The translations under genes and the position numbers were made by a program. This document shows, piece after piece, positions 24,540 to 39,500 of a stretch of DNA of 64,000 bases. The notes below the pieces were generated by a model. The model did no database searches. It saw only the letters and a list, made by a program, of their open reading frames with translations, and was not told the origin of the DNA. The DNA is from Eledone cirrhosa (Eukaryota): NCBI GenBank assembly GCA_964016885.1, contig OZ024744.1:31186001-31250000 (forward strand). The letters are read 5' to 3'. How positions within the stretch are numbered: position 1 is the first letter of the stretch; each line of letters opens with the position of its first letter.

Positions 24540-27500
24540 CAGTACACTACAGTAGTTAGTGTACTAATGTAGCAAGTACACTAATGTAGCTGCTGTACTA
24601 CTGTAGCTAGTGTACTACTGTAGCTAGTATACTACTGTAGCTAGTACACTAATGTAGCTAGTGTACTACTGTAGCTAGTGTGCTACTGTACCTAGTGTGT
24701 TACTGTAGCTAGTACACCACTGTAGCTAGTACAAAACAGTAGCTAGTACATCACTGTAGCTAGTGTACTATTGTAGCTAGTGTACTACTGTAACTAATGT
24801 ACTATTGTAGCTAGTGTACTAATGTAGATAGTGTACTACTGTAGATAGTGTACTACTGTATTTAGTGTACTACTGTAGATAGTGTACTAATATAGCTAAT
24901 AACTCACTGTAGCTAGTGTAGTACTGTAGCTAGTACACCACTGTTACTAGTGTACTACTCTAGCTAGTGTACTACTGTAGCTAGTGTACTACTGTAGCTA
25001 GTACACCACTGTAGCTAGTGTACTACAGTAGCTAGTGTACTACTATAGATAGTACACCACTGTAGCTAGTGTACTACAGTAGCTAGTAACCACTGTAGCT
25101 AGTACACCACTGTAGATAGTACACCACTATAGCTAGTGTACTACGGTAGCTAGTGTACTACTATAGATAGTACACCACTGTAGCTAGTGTACTACTGTAG
25201 CTAGTGTACTACTATAGATAGTACACCACTGTAGCTAGTGTACTACAGTAGCTAGTAACCACTGTAGCTAGTACACCACTGTAGATAGTACACCACTATA
25301 GCTAGTGTACTACGGTAGCTAGTGTACTACTATAGATAGTACACCACTGTAGCTAGTGTACTACTGTAGCTAGTGTACTACTATAGATAGTACACCACTG
25401 TAGCTAGTGTACTACAGTAGCTAGTACACCACTGTAGCTAGTGTACTACTGTAGCTAGTGTATTACTGTAGCTAGTGTACTACTATAGATAGTACACCAC
25501 TGTAGCTAGTGTACTACAGTAGCTAGTACACCACTGAAGCTAGTGTACTTCTGAAGCTAGCACCCCACAGTAGATAGTGTATTACTGTAGCTAGTACACC
25601 ATTGTAACTAGTACACCACTGTAGATAGTACACCACTGTAGATAGTGTACTACTTTAGCAAGTGTGCTACTGTAGCTAGTGTACTACAGTAGCTAATGTA
25701 CTACTGTAGGTAGTGCACTAATGTAGGTATGTACTACTTTAGCTAGTACACCACTGTAGCTAGTACACCACTGTAGCTACTACACCACTGTAGCTAATGT
25801 ACTACATTAGCTAGTGTACTACTGTAGCTAGTACACGACTGTAGCTAGTCTACTAGTGTAGCTAGTGTACTACTGTAGATAGTGTAATACGATAGCTAGT
25901 GTACTACTGTAGCTAGTGTACTACTGTTGCTCGTGTACCACTGTAGTTTGAGTAATACTGTACCTAGTACACCATTGGAGCTAGGGCACTACTGAAGCTA
26001 GTATACCACTGTAGCTAGTACACCATTGTAGCTAGTGCACTATAGTAGCTAGTACACTTCAGCAGCTAGTACACCAGTGTAGCTAGAATACTACTGTAGC
26101 TAGTACACCACTGTAGATAGTACACCACTGTAGCTAGTGTACTTCCGTAGCTAGTGAACTATTGTAGCTATTGTACCACTGTAGATAGTGTACTACTGTA
26201 GCTAGCGTACAACTATAGCTAGTGTATTATTGTAGCTAGTGTACTACTGTAGCTAGTGTACTACTGTAGCTAGTACACCACTGTAGCTAGTGTATTACTG
26301 TAGCTAATGTACTGCTGTAGCTAGTACATCACTGTAGCTAGTACATCACTGTAGCTAGTACATCACTGTAGCTAGTACACCACTGTAGCTAGTGTACTAC
26401 TGTAACTAGTGGATTACTGTAGATAGTACACCACTGTAGTTTGTGGACTACTTTAGCTAGTGTCATACAGTAGCTACTACATAACTGTAACTAGTGTACT
26501 ACTGTAGCTAATACACCACTGTAGATAGTGGACTACTGTAGCTAGTGAACTACTATAGATAGTGTACGACTGGTGGCTAGTAAACCATTGTAGATAGTGT
26601 ACTACTGTGGATAGTGTATTACTATAGCTAGTGTATTACTGTATCTAGTACACCACAGTAGCTAGTACACCACTGTAGCTAGTGTACTACAGTAGCTAGT
26701 ACACCACTGTAGCTAGTACACCACTGTAGAGAGTACAACACTGTATCTAGTGTACTACCGTAGCTGGTGTACTACTGTAGATAGTACACCACAGTAGCTA
26801 GTTTACTACTGTAGCTAGTGTGCTACTGTAGCTAGTGCACTACTGTAGGTAGTGTATTAGTGTTGCTAGTGTACTACTGTAGCTAGTATACTACTATAGA
26901 TAGTACCCCACTGTAGCTAGTACACCACTGTAGTTAGTGTACTATTGTAGCTAGTACACCACTGAAGCTAGTGTACTACTGTAGCTAGTGTACTACAGTT
27001 GCTAGTGGATTGTACTAATACGGCTAGTATACTGTGGCTAGTCTACTACAATAGCTAGTGTATTACTGTTACTGGTAGACCACTGTAGCTAGTACACCAC
27101 TGTAGCCAGTGTACTACTGTAGCTAGTGTACTATTGGAGCTAACGTACTACTGTAACTAGTGTACTACTGTAGTTAGTGTACTACTGTAGAGAGGGTACT
27201 ACTATAGCGAGTGTATTACTGTAGCTAGTGTACTATAGTAGCTAGTGTAATACTGTAGATAGTATACTACTGTATCTACTACACTACTGTAGCTAGTACA
27301 CCACTGTGCCTAGTGTACCAGTGTAGATAGTACACCGCTGCAGCTAGTGTACTACTGTTGCTAGAGTACCACTGTTGTTAATGTACAACTGTACCTAGTA
27401 CACCACTGTAGCTAGTGTACTACTGAAGCTAGTACACCAATGTAGTTAGTATACTACTGAAGCTAGTTTACTATCGTAGCAAGTATAGTACTGTCGCTAG

Positions 27501-30500
27501 TGCACCACTATAGATAGTACACTATAGTACCTAGTGTACTACAGTAGCTAGCGTACTATTGTAGTTATTGTACCACTGAAGATAGGCTACTACTGTAACT
27601 AGTGTACTACTGTAGCTAGTGTACAGCTATAGTTAGTGTACTACTGTAGCTAGTACACCACTGTAGCTAGTATAACATTGTAGCCAGTGTACTACTGTAG
27701 CTAGTACACTACGGGAGCTAGTGTACTACTGTGGCTAGTGTACTACTGTAGCTAGTACACCACTGTAGCTAGTATACTACTATAGTTAGTGTACTACAGT
27801 AGCTACTACACCACTGTATTTAGTGTACTACTGTAGCTAGTACACCATTGTTGCTAGTGTATTAATGTAGCTAGTGTTCTACTGTAGATGGTGTAGTACT
27901 GTAGATAGTGTGCTATTGTAGCTAGTAAAGCATTGTAGCTAGTGTTCTACTGTAAATAGTGTACTACTGTAGCTAGTAAACCACTGCAGATAGTGTACTA
28001 CTGTGGCTAGTGTACTACAATAACTAGTGTATTTCTGTAGCTGGAACACCTCTATAGCTAGTACACCACTGTAGCTAGTACACAACTATAGCTAGTGTAC
28101 TAGTGTAGCTATTTCACCACTATAACTAGTGTACTACAGTAGCTAGAACACCAATGTAGCTAATGTATTTCTGTAGATAGTGTACGATTGTAGCTAATAT
28201 ACTACTGTAACTAGTGTACTACTGTAGCTAGTGTACTACTATAGATAGTGTACTACTGTAGATAGTGTATTACTGTAGCTAGTGTACTACTGTAGCAGGT
28301 GTACTATTATAGCTAGTGTAATACTCTAGATAATGTACTACTGTAGCTAGTACTCCACTGTAGCTAGTGAACTATTGTAGCTATTGTACCACTGTAGATA
28401 GTGTACTACTGTGGCTAGTGTACAACTATAGCAGGTGTATTATTGTAGCTAGTGTATTACTGTAGTTAGTGTACTACGGCAGCTAGTACCACACTGTAGC
28501 TAGTATATCACCGTAATAAGTGTACTACTGTAGCTACTGTGATGTACTAGCTATAGTTGTACACTAACAACAGTAGTTCACTAGTTAAAGAGGTGTACTA
28601 TTTCACTGGTACACTAGCAACAGTAGTACCCTAGCTACAGAGGTGTACTATCTACACTGGGACACTAGCAACAGTAGTACACTATCTACACAGCACACTA
28701 GCTACAGTAGTACACTAGCCACAATGGTGTACTAGCTACAGTAGTGTACTAGCTACGGTAGCACACTAGCTCCAGTGGAGTACTAGCTACAGTAGTACAC
28801 TATCTACAGTATAACACTAGCTACAATAGTACACTAGCTACAGTAGTACGCTTGTTACAGTAGTACGTTAGCTACAATAGTACACTAGCTATAGAAATAC
28901 ACTAGCTACAGTGGTGTTCTAGCTACTGTAATACACTAGTTACAGTGCTGAAATAGCTACAATAGTACACTAGCGACAGTTGTCTTATAGCTACACTGGT
29001 GTACTAGCTACAGTGGTGTACTAGCTACAGCATTGCACTTGCTAGAGTAGTACCCTACCCCCAGTGGTGTACTAGCTATAGTAGTACACTAGCTGCAGTG
29101 GTGTACTAGCTATAGTAGTACACTAGCTACAGTTGTGTATAAGGTACAGTAGTACACTAGCTACCGTGTTGTACTAGCTACAGTAGTACACCAGCTATAG
29201 TAGTAGACTAGCTACAGTAGTACATTAGCTACTGTAGTACGCGGGCTACAATGATGTACTAGCTACAGTGGTTTACTAGCTACAGTAGTACACTAGCTAC
29301 AGTAGTACAATATCTACAGTGGTACAATAGCTACAATAGTACACTAGCTACAGTGGTGTACTATCTACACTGGTTACTAGCTACAGTAGTGTACTAGCTA
29401 CAGTGATGTACTAGCTACAGTGGTGTACTATCTACAGTGGTATACTAGCTACAGTAATGTACTAGCTACAATAGTACACAAGCTACAGTGGTGTACTAAA
29501 TACAGTGGTGTACTAGCTTCAGTAATACACTAGCTACAGTGGTGTACTACCTACATTGGTACAGTTGCAACTGTAGTACACTAGCTACAGTAGTACACTA
29601 TCTACAGTAGTACACTAGCTACATTGGTGTACTATCTACAGTACTATACTAGCTACAGTAGTAGACTAGTTATAATGGTGTACTAGCTAGTTTACTACTG
29701 TAGCTAGTGTTCTACTGTAGCTAGTACACCACTGTAGCTAGTACTCTACTGTAGCCAGTACATCACTGTAACTAATTTACTACAGTAGATAGTACACCAC
29801 TGTAGCTAGTGTACTACTGTAGCTAGTACACTAAGGTAGCTAGTACACCACTGTAGCTAGTGTACTACTGTAGCTAGTGTACTACTGTAGATACAGTACT
29901 ACTGTAGCTAGTACACCAATGTATCTAGTGTACTACTGTAGCTAGTGTACTATTGTAGCTAGTACACCACTGTACCTAGTGTACTACTGTAGCTAGGATA
30001 CTACTGTAGCTATAACACCACTGTAGGTAAGGTACTACTATAGCTAGTACACCACAGTAGCTAGCGTACTACTGTAGCTAGTGTACTGTTGTAGATAGTG
30101 TAGTGCTGTAGCTAGTAAACCACTGTAGATAGTGTACTACTGTGGCTAGTGTACTACAATATCGAGCGTATTACTGTAGTTGGTATACCACAGTAGCTAG
30201 TGTACTACTGTAGCTATTTCACCAATGTAACTAGTGTACTAATGTAGCTTATACATCACTGTAGCTACTGTATATCCGCAGCTAGTGTACTATCGTAGCT
30301 AGTGTAATAGTGTAACTAGTGTACTACTGTAGCTAGTGTACTACAGTAGATAGTGTACAACTGTAGCTAATCTACTACTGTAGCTAATGTAATACTGTAG
30401 ATAGTGTTCTACTGTAGCTAGTGTACTACTGTAGCTAGTACACCACTGTAGCTAGTGTACAACTGTAGCTAGTGAACTACTGTAGATAATATACTACTGT

Positions 30501-33500
30501 AGCAAGTAGTCCAGAGTAACTAGATTATTACTGTACCTGGTACATCACTGTAGCTAGTACTCCACTGTACCTAGTGTACTACTGAAGATATTACAACACT
30601 GTAGCTATTACACCACTGTAGCTAGTACACCACGGTAGCTAGTACACCACTGTCGCTAGTGTACTACTGTAGCCAGTGTACTACTGTTGCTAGTGTACTA
30701 CAGTAGCTAGTATGCTACTGTAGCTGGTACACCACTGTAGCTAGTGTACTAATGTAGCAAGTGTACTACTGTAGATAGTACACCACTGTAGCTGGTACAC
30801 TGCTCTAGCTAGTTTACTACAGTAGCTAATACACTACTGTAGCAAGTGTACTACTATAGCTAGCACACCACAGTAGCTAGTGTACGTCTGTAGCTAGTAC
30901 ACCACTGTAGCTATTACACCATTGTAGCTAGTGTACTACTGTAGATAGTGCACCACTGAAGCTAGTGTACTACAGTTCCTAGCATTCTACTGTAGCTAGT
31001 GTACTACTGTAGCTAATGTACTACAGTAGCTAGTGTACTACTGTAGATAGTACTCCACTGTAGCTAGTTTACTACAGTAGCTACTACACCACTGTACCTA
31101 TTGTAGTACACCACTGCAGCTAGTACACTACTGTAGCTAGAGTACTACTGTAGCTAGTGTACTACGGTAGCTAATGTACTACAGTAGCTAATGTACTACT
31201 GTAGATAGTACTCCACTGTAGCTAGTTTACTATTTTAGATAGTACACCGCTGTAGCTAGTACACCACTTCAGCTAGTACACCACTGTAGCTAGAGTATTA
31301 CAGTAGCTAGTGTACTACTGTAGATAGTGTACTACTGTAGATAGTGTACTACAGTAGCTAGTGTACCACAGTAGCTAGTGTACTACTGTAGCTAGTGTAC
31401 TACTGTAGCTAGTGTACTACAGTAGCTACTACACCACTGTACCTAGTGTACTACTGTAGCCAGTGTACTACTGTAGCTAGTAGTCCACTGTAGCTAGTCT
31501 ACTACCGTAGCTAGTGTACTATTATAGATAGTTTACTTCAGTAGCTAGTGTACCACTGTAGATAGTGTAATACTGTAGCTAGTGTACTGTAGTTAGTACA
31601 CGACTGTAGCTAGTGTACTACTTGAGCTAGTACACCATTGTAACTAGTGTACAACTGTAGCTAGTGAACTACTGTAGATAGTATACTACTGTAGCAAGTA
31701 GTCCAGAGTATCTAGAGTACTACTGTACCTAGTACACTACTGTAGCAAGTACACCACTCTAGCTAGTGTACTACTGTAGCTAGTGTACACCAGCTATCTA
31801 GTGTACCAGTATCCAGTGTACTACTGTAGATAGTAGACCACTATAGCTAATGTACTACGGTAGCTAGTGTACTAAAGTAGCTAGTATTCTACTGTAGATA
31901 ATACACCACTGTAGCTAGTTCGCTACTGTCACTAGTTCACCATTTCAGCTAGTGTACTACTGTAGTTAGTTCACCACTGTAGCTGGTGCACTACTATGTG
32001 TAGTGTACTACAGTAGCTAGTACACCACTGTAGCTAGTACACCACTATGGCTAGTGTACTACTGTAGATAGTGTACTACTGTAGATAGTATACTACTGTA
32101 GCTAATACACCACTGTAGCTAGTGTACTACAGTAGCTAGTACAACAATGTAGCTAGTGTACTACTGTAGCTAGAACACCACTTTAAATAGTGTACCACTG
32201 TAGATAGTACAGCACTGTAGCTAGTGACTACTGTAGCTGTACCACTGTAGCGAGAACACCACTGTTTCTAGTGTACTACTGTAGATATTACATCACTGTA
32301 GCTAGTACACCACTGTACCTAGTACACCACTGTCGCTATTGCACTACTGTTGCTAGTGTACTACTGTTGCTAGTGTACTACAGTAGCTAGTGTGCTACTG
32401 TGGCTAGTACACCACTGTAGATAGTGTACTAATGTACCTAGTATACTACTGTAGCTAGTACACTACAGTAGATAGTGTACTAATGTAGCTTGTGTACTAC
32501 TGTAGCTAATACACCATTGTAGCTAGTACACTACTGTAGCTAGTACACAACTGTAGCTAGTACACCACTGTAGCTAGTGTACTACTGTAGCTAGTCGACC
32601 ACTGTTGATATGGTCCTAATGTAGCTAGTACACCAATGTAGCTAGTGTACTACACTAGTTAGTGTAATACTGTAGCTAGTACACCACAGTAGCTAGTGTA
32701 TACTTTAGCTAATACACCACTGTAGCTAGTGTACTACTGTAGGTAGTGTACTACTGTAAATAATGTAATACTGTAGCTAGTACACCACTGTCGATAGTGT
32801 ACTACTTTAGCTAGTACACCCCTGTAGCTAGTGTACTACTGTAGATAGTGCAACACTGTAGCTAGTGTACTACTGTAGTTAGTACACCACTGAAGCTAGT
32901 GTACTACTGTTGCTAGCATACTACTGTAGCTAGTGTACTACTGTAGCTAATGTACTACAGTAGCTAATGTACTACTGTAGATAGTACTCCACTTTAGCTA
33001 GTTTACTACTGTAGCTAGTACACCGCTGTAGCTAGTACACCACTTCAGCTATTACACCACTGTAGCTAGAGTACTACTGTCGCTAGTGTACTACTGTAGC
33101 TAGTACACCACTTCAGCTATTACACCACTGTAGCTAGAGTACTACTGTAGCTAGTGTACTACGGTAGCTAATGTACTACAGTAGCTAATGTACTACTGTA
33201 GATAGTACTCCACTGTAGCTAGTTTACTATTGTAGATAGTACACCGCTGTAGCTAGTACACCACTTCAGCTAGTACATCACTGTAGCTAGAGTATTACAG
33301 TAGCTAGTGTACTACTGTAGATAGTTTACTACTATAGGCAGTGAGTACACCACTGTAGCTAGTGTACTACTGTAGTTAGTACACCACTGTAGCTAGTGTA
33401 CTACTGTAGATAGTGTACTACAGTAGCTAGTGTACTACTGTAGCTAGTGTACTATTGTAGCTAGTGTACTACAGTAGCTACTACACCACTGTACCTAGTG

Positions 33501-36500
33501 TACTACTGTAGCCAGTGTACTACTGTAGCTAGTAGTCCACTGTAGCTAGTCTACTACCGTAGCTAGTGTAATTTTATAGATAGTTTACTACAGTAGCTAG
33601 TGTACTACTGTTGGTAGTGTACCACTGTAGATAGTGTACTACTGTAGCTATTGTACTGTAGTTAGTACACCAATGTAACTAGTGTATTACTTGAGCTAGT
33701 ACACCATTGTAGCTAGTGTACAACTGTAGCTAGTGAACTACTGTAGCTAGTATACTACTGTAGCAAGTAGTCCAGAGTAGCTAGAGTACTACTGTACCTA
33801 GTACACCACTGTAGCAAGTACACCACTGTACCGAGTGTACTACTGTAGGTAGTGTACTACTGTTGCTAGTGTACTACAGTAGCTAGTGTGCTACTGTGGC
33901 TAGTACTAATGTAGCTAGTATACTAATGTAGCTAGTACACTACAGTAGCTAGTGTACTAATGTAGCTAGTGTACTACTGTAGCAAGTACACCACTGTAGC
34001 TGGTACACTACTCTAGCTAGTTTACTACTGTAGCTAGTACACTATCGTAGCTAGTACACCACTGGAGCTAGTGTACTACTGTAGATAGTACACCATTGTA
34101 GCTATTGTACTACTGTATGTAGTGTATTTCTGCAGCTAATAAGCTACTGTAACTAGTTTACAATTGTAGCTAGTAAACCACTGTAGCTAGTGAACTACTG
34201 TAGCTAGTATACTACTGTAGCAAGTAGTCCAGAGTAGCTAGAGTACTACTGTACCTAGTACACCACTGTAGCAAGTACACCACTGTACCGAGTGTACTAC
34301 TGTAGGTAGTGTACTACTGTTGCTAGTGTACTACAGTAGCTAGTGTGCTACTGTGGCTAGTACTAATGTAGCTAGTATACTAATGTAGCTAGTACACTAC
34401 AGTAGCTAGTGTACTAATGTAGCTAGTGTACTACTGTAGCAAGTACACCACTGTAGCTGGTACACTACTCTAGCTAGTTTACTACTGTAGCTAGTACACT
34501 ATTGTAGCTAGTACACCACTGGAGCTAGTGTACTACTGTAGATAGTACACCATTGTAGCTATTGTACTACTGTATGTAGTGTATTTCTGCAGCTAATAAG
34601 CTACTGTAACTAGTTTACAATTGTAGCTAGTAAACCACTGTAGCTAGTGTACTACTGTAGCTAGTACACTAAGGTATCTAGTACACCACTGTAGCTAGTG
34701 TACTACTGTAGCTAGTACACAACTGTAGTGAGTTTATTAATGTAGCTAGTGTACCACTGTAACTAGTGTACTACTGAATCTAGTACACCACTCTAGCTAT
34801 TATACCAGTGTAGCTAGTGTACTACTATAGCTAATATACTACTGTAGCTAGCGTACTACTGTAGGTAGAGTATTACTCTAGCTAGTGTGCTACTGTAGCT
34901 AGTGTAGTACTGTATCTAGTGTACTACTGTAGCTAGTACACCACTGTAGCTAGTGTATTACTGTATATAGTACGCCAGTGTAGCTAGTATACTACTGTAG
35001 CTATTGTACTACTACAGCTAGTACACTACAGTACCTTGTGTACCACTGTAGCTAGTATACCATTGTAGCTAGTAAACTAGTGTAGCCAGTACACCATAGT
35101 AGCTAGTGTTCTACTGTCGCTAGTGTACTACTGTAGCAAGTACACCACTGTAGCTATTATACTACTGTAGCTAGTGCCCAGCTCTAGCTAGTTTACTACT
35201 GTAGCTAGTACAACACTGTAGCTAGTACACTACTGTAGCTAGTACACCACTGTAACTAGTACACCACTGTAGCTAGTGTATTACTGTAGCTAGTGTACTA
35301 CTGTAGCTAGTACACTACTGTAGCTAGTGTACTACTGTAGCTAGTGTACTACTGTAGATAGTGTACTACTGTAGCTAGTGTACTACTGTAGCTAGTATAC
35401 TACAGTTGCTAATGTACAACAGTTGCTAGTGTACTAATGTAGCTAGTATACTACTGTAGATAAGACACCACTATAGCTAGTACGCTACTGTAACTAGTAC
35501 ACCATTTCAGCTAATAAACTACTGTATCTAGTACACCACTGTAGCTAGTACACCACTGTAGCTAGTGTACTACTGTGTGTATTGTACTACAGTAGCTAGT
35601 ACACTACTGTAGCTAGTGTACTACTGTAGCTAGTGTACTACTATAGCTAATTCACCACTGTAGCTAGTGTACTACAGTAGCTAGTACAACAATGTAGCTA
35701 GTACACGACTGTAGCTAGTGTACTACTGTAGATAGTAAACCACTGGAGCTATTACACTCCTGTAGCTAGTGTACTATTGTAGCTATTACACCACTGTAGC
35801 TAGTGTACTACTGTAGCTAGTGGACTACTGTAGCGAGTACACTACTGTAGCACGTGTACTACTGTAGCTAGTGTACTCCTGTAGCTAGTAAACTACTGTA
35901 GCTAGTGCACAACTCTAGCTAGTGTACTACTGTAGCTAGTACACCACTGTAGCTAGTACACTACTTTAGTTATTACACTACTGTAGCTAGTGTACTACTG
36001 TAGCTAGTACACTACTCCAACTCGTGTACTACTGCAGCTAGTGTACTACTGTAGCTAGTGTACTACTGTATTTAAAGTAATACTGTAGCTACTACACCAT
36101 TGTAGCTAGTGTACTACTGTAGTTAGTGTACTACTGTATTTAAAGTAATACTGTAGCTAGTACACCACTGTAGCTAGTGTACTACTGTAGGTAGTGTACT
36201 ACTGTAGATAATGTAATACTGTAGCTAATAAACCACTGTCGATAGTGTACTACTTTAGCTAGTACACCCCTGTAGCTAGTGTACTAAGGTAGGTAGTTTA
36301 TACTGTAGCTAGTGTACTACTGTAGCTAGTACACCACGGTAGCTAGTACAGTACTGTAGCTAGTTTACTACTGTAGCTAGTACACCACTGTAGATAGTAC
36401 ACTACTGTAGCTAGTGTACTATTGTAGCTAGTACACCACTGTAGCTAGTGTACTACTGTAGCGTGTACACTACTGTAGCTCGTGTACTACTGTAGCTAGT

Positions 36501-39500
36501 GTACTACTGTAGCTAGTACTCTACTCTAACTATTATACTACTGCAGCTAGTGTACTAAAGTAGCTAGTACAACACTGTAGCTAGTCTACTACTGTAGCTA
36601 GTACACCACTGTAAATAGTATACTACTGTTGCTAGTTCACGACTGTAAGTAGTACACCACTGTAGCTAGTGTACTACTGGAGCTAGTCCAGCACAGTTGC
36701 TAGTGTTCTACTGTAGCTAGTGCACTACTGTAGATAGTACGTTCGTGTAGCTAATTCAATACTGTAGCTAGTGTACTACTGTAGTGAGTACACCACAGTA
36801 GTTAGTGTACTACTGTAGTGAGTACACCACAGTAGTTAGTGTACTACTGTAGATAGTACGTCAGTGTAGCTATGTACTACTATAGCTAGTACACTACTGT
36901 AGATAGTGTACCACAGTAGCAAGGACACAACTGTAGCTAGTAAACTACTGTAGCTAGTACACCAATGTAGCTAGTGTACTACTCTAGATAGTGTACTACT
37001 GTAGCTAGCGTACTACTGTAGGTAGTGTACTACTCTAGCTAGTGTGCTACTGTAGCTAGTGTAGTACTCTAACTAGTGTACTACTGTAGATAGTACACCA
37101 CTGGAGCTAGTACACTACTGTAGCTAGTGTACTATTGTAGCTATTACACCATTCTAGCTAGTGTACTACTGTAGCGAGTACACTACTGTAGCTCGTGTAC
37201 TACTGTAGCTAGTGTACTACTGTAGCTAGTGTACTACTGTAGCTAGTGTACTACTGTAGCTAGTGTACTACTGTAGCTTCTACACTATTATAACTAGTGT
37301 ACTACTGCTGCTAGTGTACTACTGTAGCTAGTGTACTACTGTAGCTAGTGTACTACTGTAGCTAGTGTACTACTGTAGCTTCTACACTATTATAACTAGT
37401 GTACTACTGCTGCTAGTGTACTCCTGTAGCTAGTATATACTGTAGCTAGTATACTACTGTAGCTACTCTACTACTGTAGATAGTACACTACTGTAGCTAG
37501 TACACCACTGTAGCTAGTTTACTACTGTAGCTAGTATACTACTAGAGCTAGTGTCCTAATGTAGCTAGTACACCACTGTAGCTAGGGTACTACTGTGGCT
37601 TGTGTACTATGTAACTAGTACACCACTGCAGGTAGTATACTACTGTAGCTAGTGTACTATTGTAGCTAGTGTACTACTGTAGCGAGTATACTACTGTAGC
37701 TAGTGTACTACTGTAGCTAGTGTACTACTGTAGCTAGTGTGCTACTGTAGCAAGTACACTACTGTAGTTAGTACACTTCTCTAACTAGTGTTCTACTGCA
37801 GCTAGTGTACTACTGTAGCTAGGACACCACTGTAGCTAGTACACTACTGTAGTTAGTACACTTCTCTAACTAGTGTACTACTGCAGCTAGTGTACTACTG
37901 TAGCTAGTGTACTACTGTAGCTAGTACACCACTGTAGCTAGTACACCACTGTAGCTAATGTACTACTGTTGCTAGTGTACTACTGTAGCTAGTACACTAC
38001 TGTAGCTAGTGTACTACTGTAGCTAGTGTACTACTGTAGCTAGTGTACTACTGTAGCTAGTACACCACTGTAGCTAATACACTACTGTGGTTAGTACACC
38101 ATTGTAGCTAGTGTACTACTGTAGCTAGTACACTACTCTAACTAGTGTACTACTGCAGCTAGTGTACTACTGTAGCTAGTACACCCCTGTAGCTAGTGTA
38201 CTACTGTAGCTAGTGTACTACTGTAGCTAGTACACCCCTGTAGCTAGTGTACTACTGTAGCTAGTGTACTACTGTAGCTCGTGTACTACTGTAGCTAGTA
38301 CACCACTGCAGCTAGTACACTACTGTAGTTAATACACTTCTCTAACTAGTGTACTACTGCAGCTAGTGTACTACTGTAGCTAGTGTACTACTGTAGCTAG
38401 TGTACTACTGTAGCGAGTATACTACTGTAGCTAGTGTACTATTGTAGCTAGTGTACTACTATAGCTAGTGTACTACTCTAGATAGTACACCCCTGTAGCT
38501 AGTGTACTACTGTAGCTAGTACACCACTGTAGCTAGTACACTACTGTAGTTAGTACACTTCTTTAACTAGTGTACTACTGCTGCTAGTGTACTACTGTAG
38601 CTAGTGTACTACTGTAGCTAGTGTACTACTGTAGCTAGGGTACTACTGTAGATATTGTACTACTGTAGCTAGTGTACTACTGTAGCTAGTACACCGCTGT
38701 AGCTAATGTACTACTGTAGCTAGTACACTACTGTAGCTAGTGTACTACTGTAGCTAGTGTAATACAGTATCAAGTGTACTACTGTAGCTAATGTACTACT
38801 GTAGCTAGTACACCACTGTAGCTCCTGTACCACTGTAGCTAGTGTACCACTGTAGCTAGTGTACTATTGTAGCTAGTACACCATTGTAGCTATTGTACTA
38901 CTGTAGCTAGTACACCACTGTAGCTAGTACACCACTGTAGCTCCTGTACCACTGTAGCTAGTGTACCACTGTAGCTAGTGTACTACTGTAGCTAGTACAC
39001 CATTGTAGCTATTGTACTACTGTAGCTAGTACACCACTGTAGCTAATACACTACTGTAGTTAGTACACCATTATAGCTAGTGTACTACTGTAGCTAGTAC
39101 ACTACTCTCACTAGTGTACTACTGCAGCTAGTCTACTACTGTAGCTAGAACACCACTGTAGCTAGTAGACCCCTGTAGCTAGTGTACTACTGTAGCTAGT
39201 GTACTACTGTAGCTAGTACACCACTGTAGCTTGTGTACTACTGTAGCTAGTGTACTACTGTAGCTAGTGTACTACTGTAGCTAGTGTACTACTGTAGCTA
39301 GTGTACTACTGTAGCTAGTACACCACTGTAGCTTGTGTACTACTGTAGCTAGTGTACTACTGTAGCGAGTACACTACTGTTGCTAGTACACCACTGTAGT
39401 TAATACACTTCTCTAACTAGTGTACAACTGCAGCTAGTGTACTACTGCTGCTAGTGTTCTACTGTAGCTAGTACACCACTGTAGCTAGTGTACTACTGTA

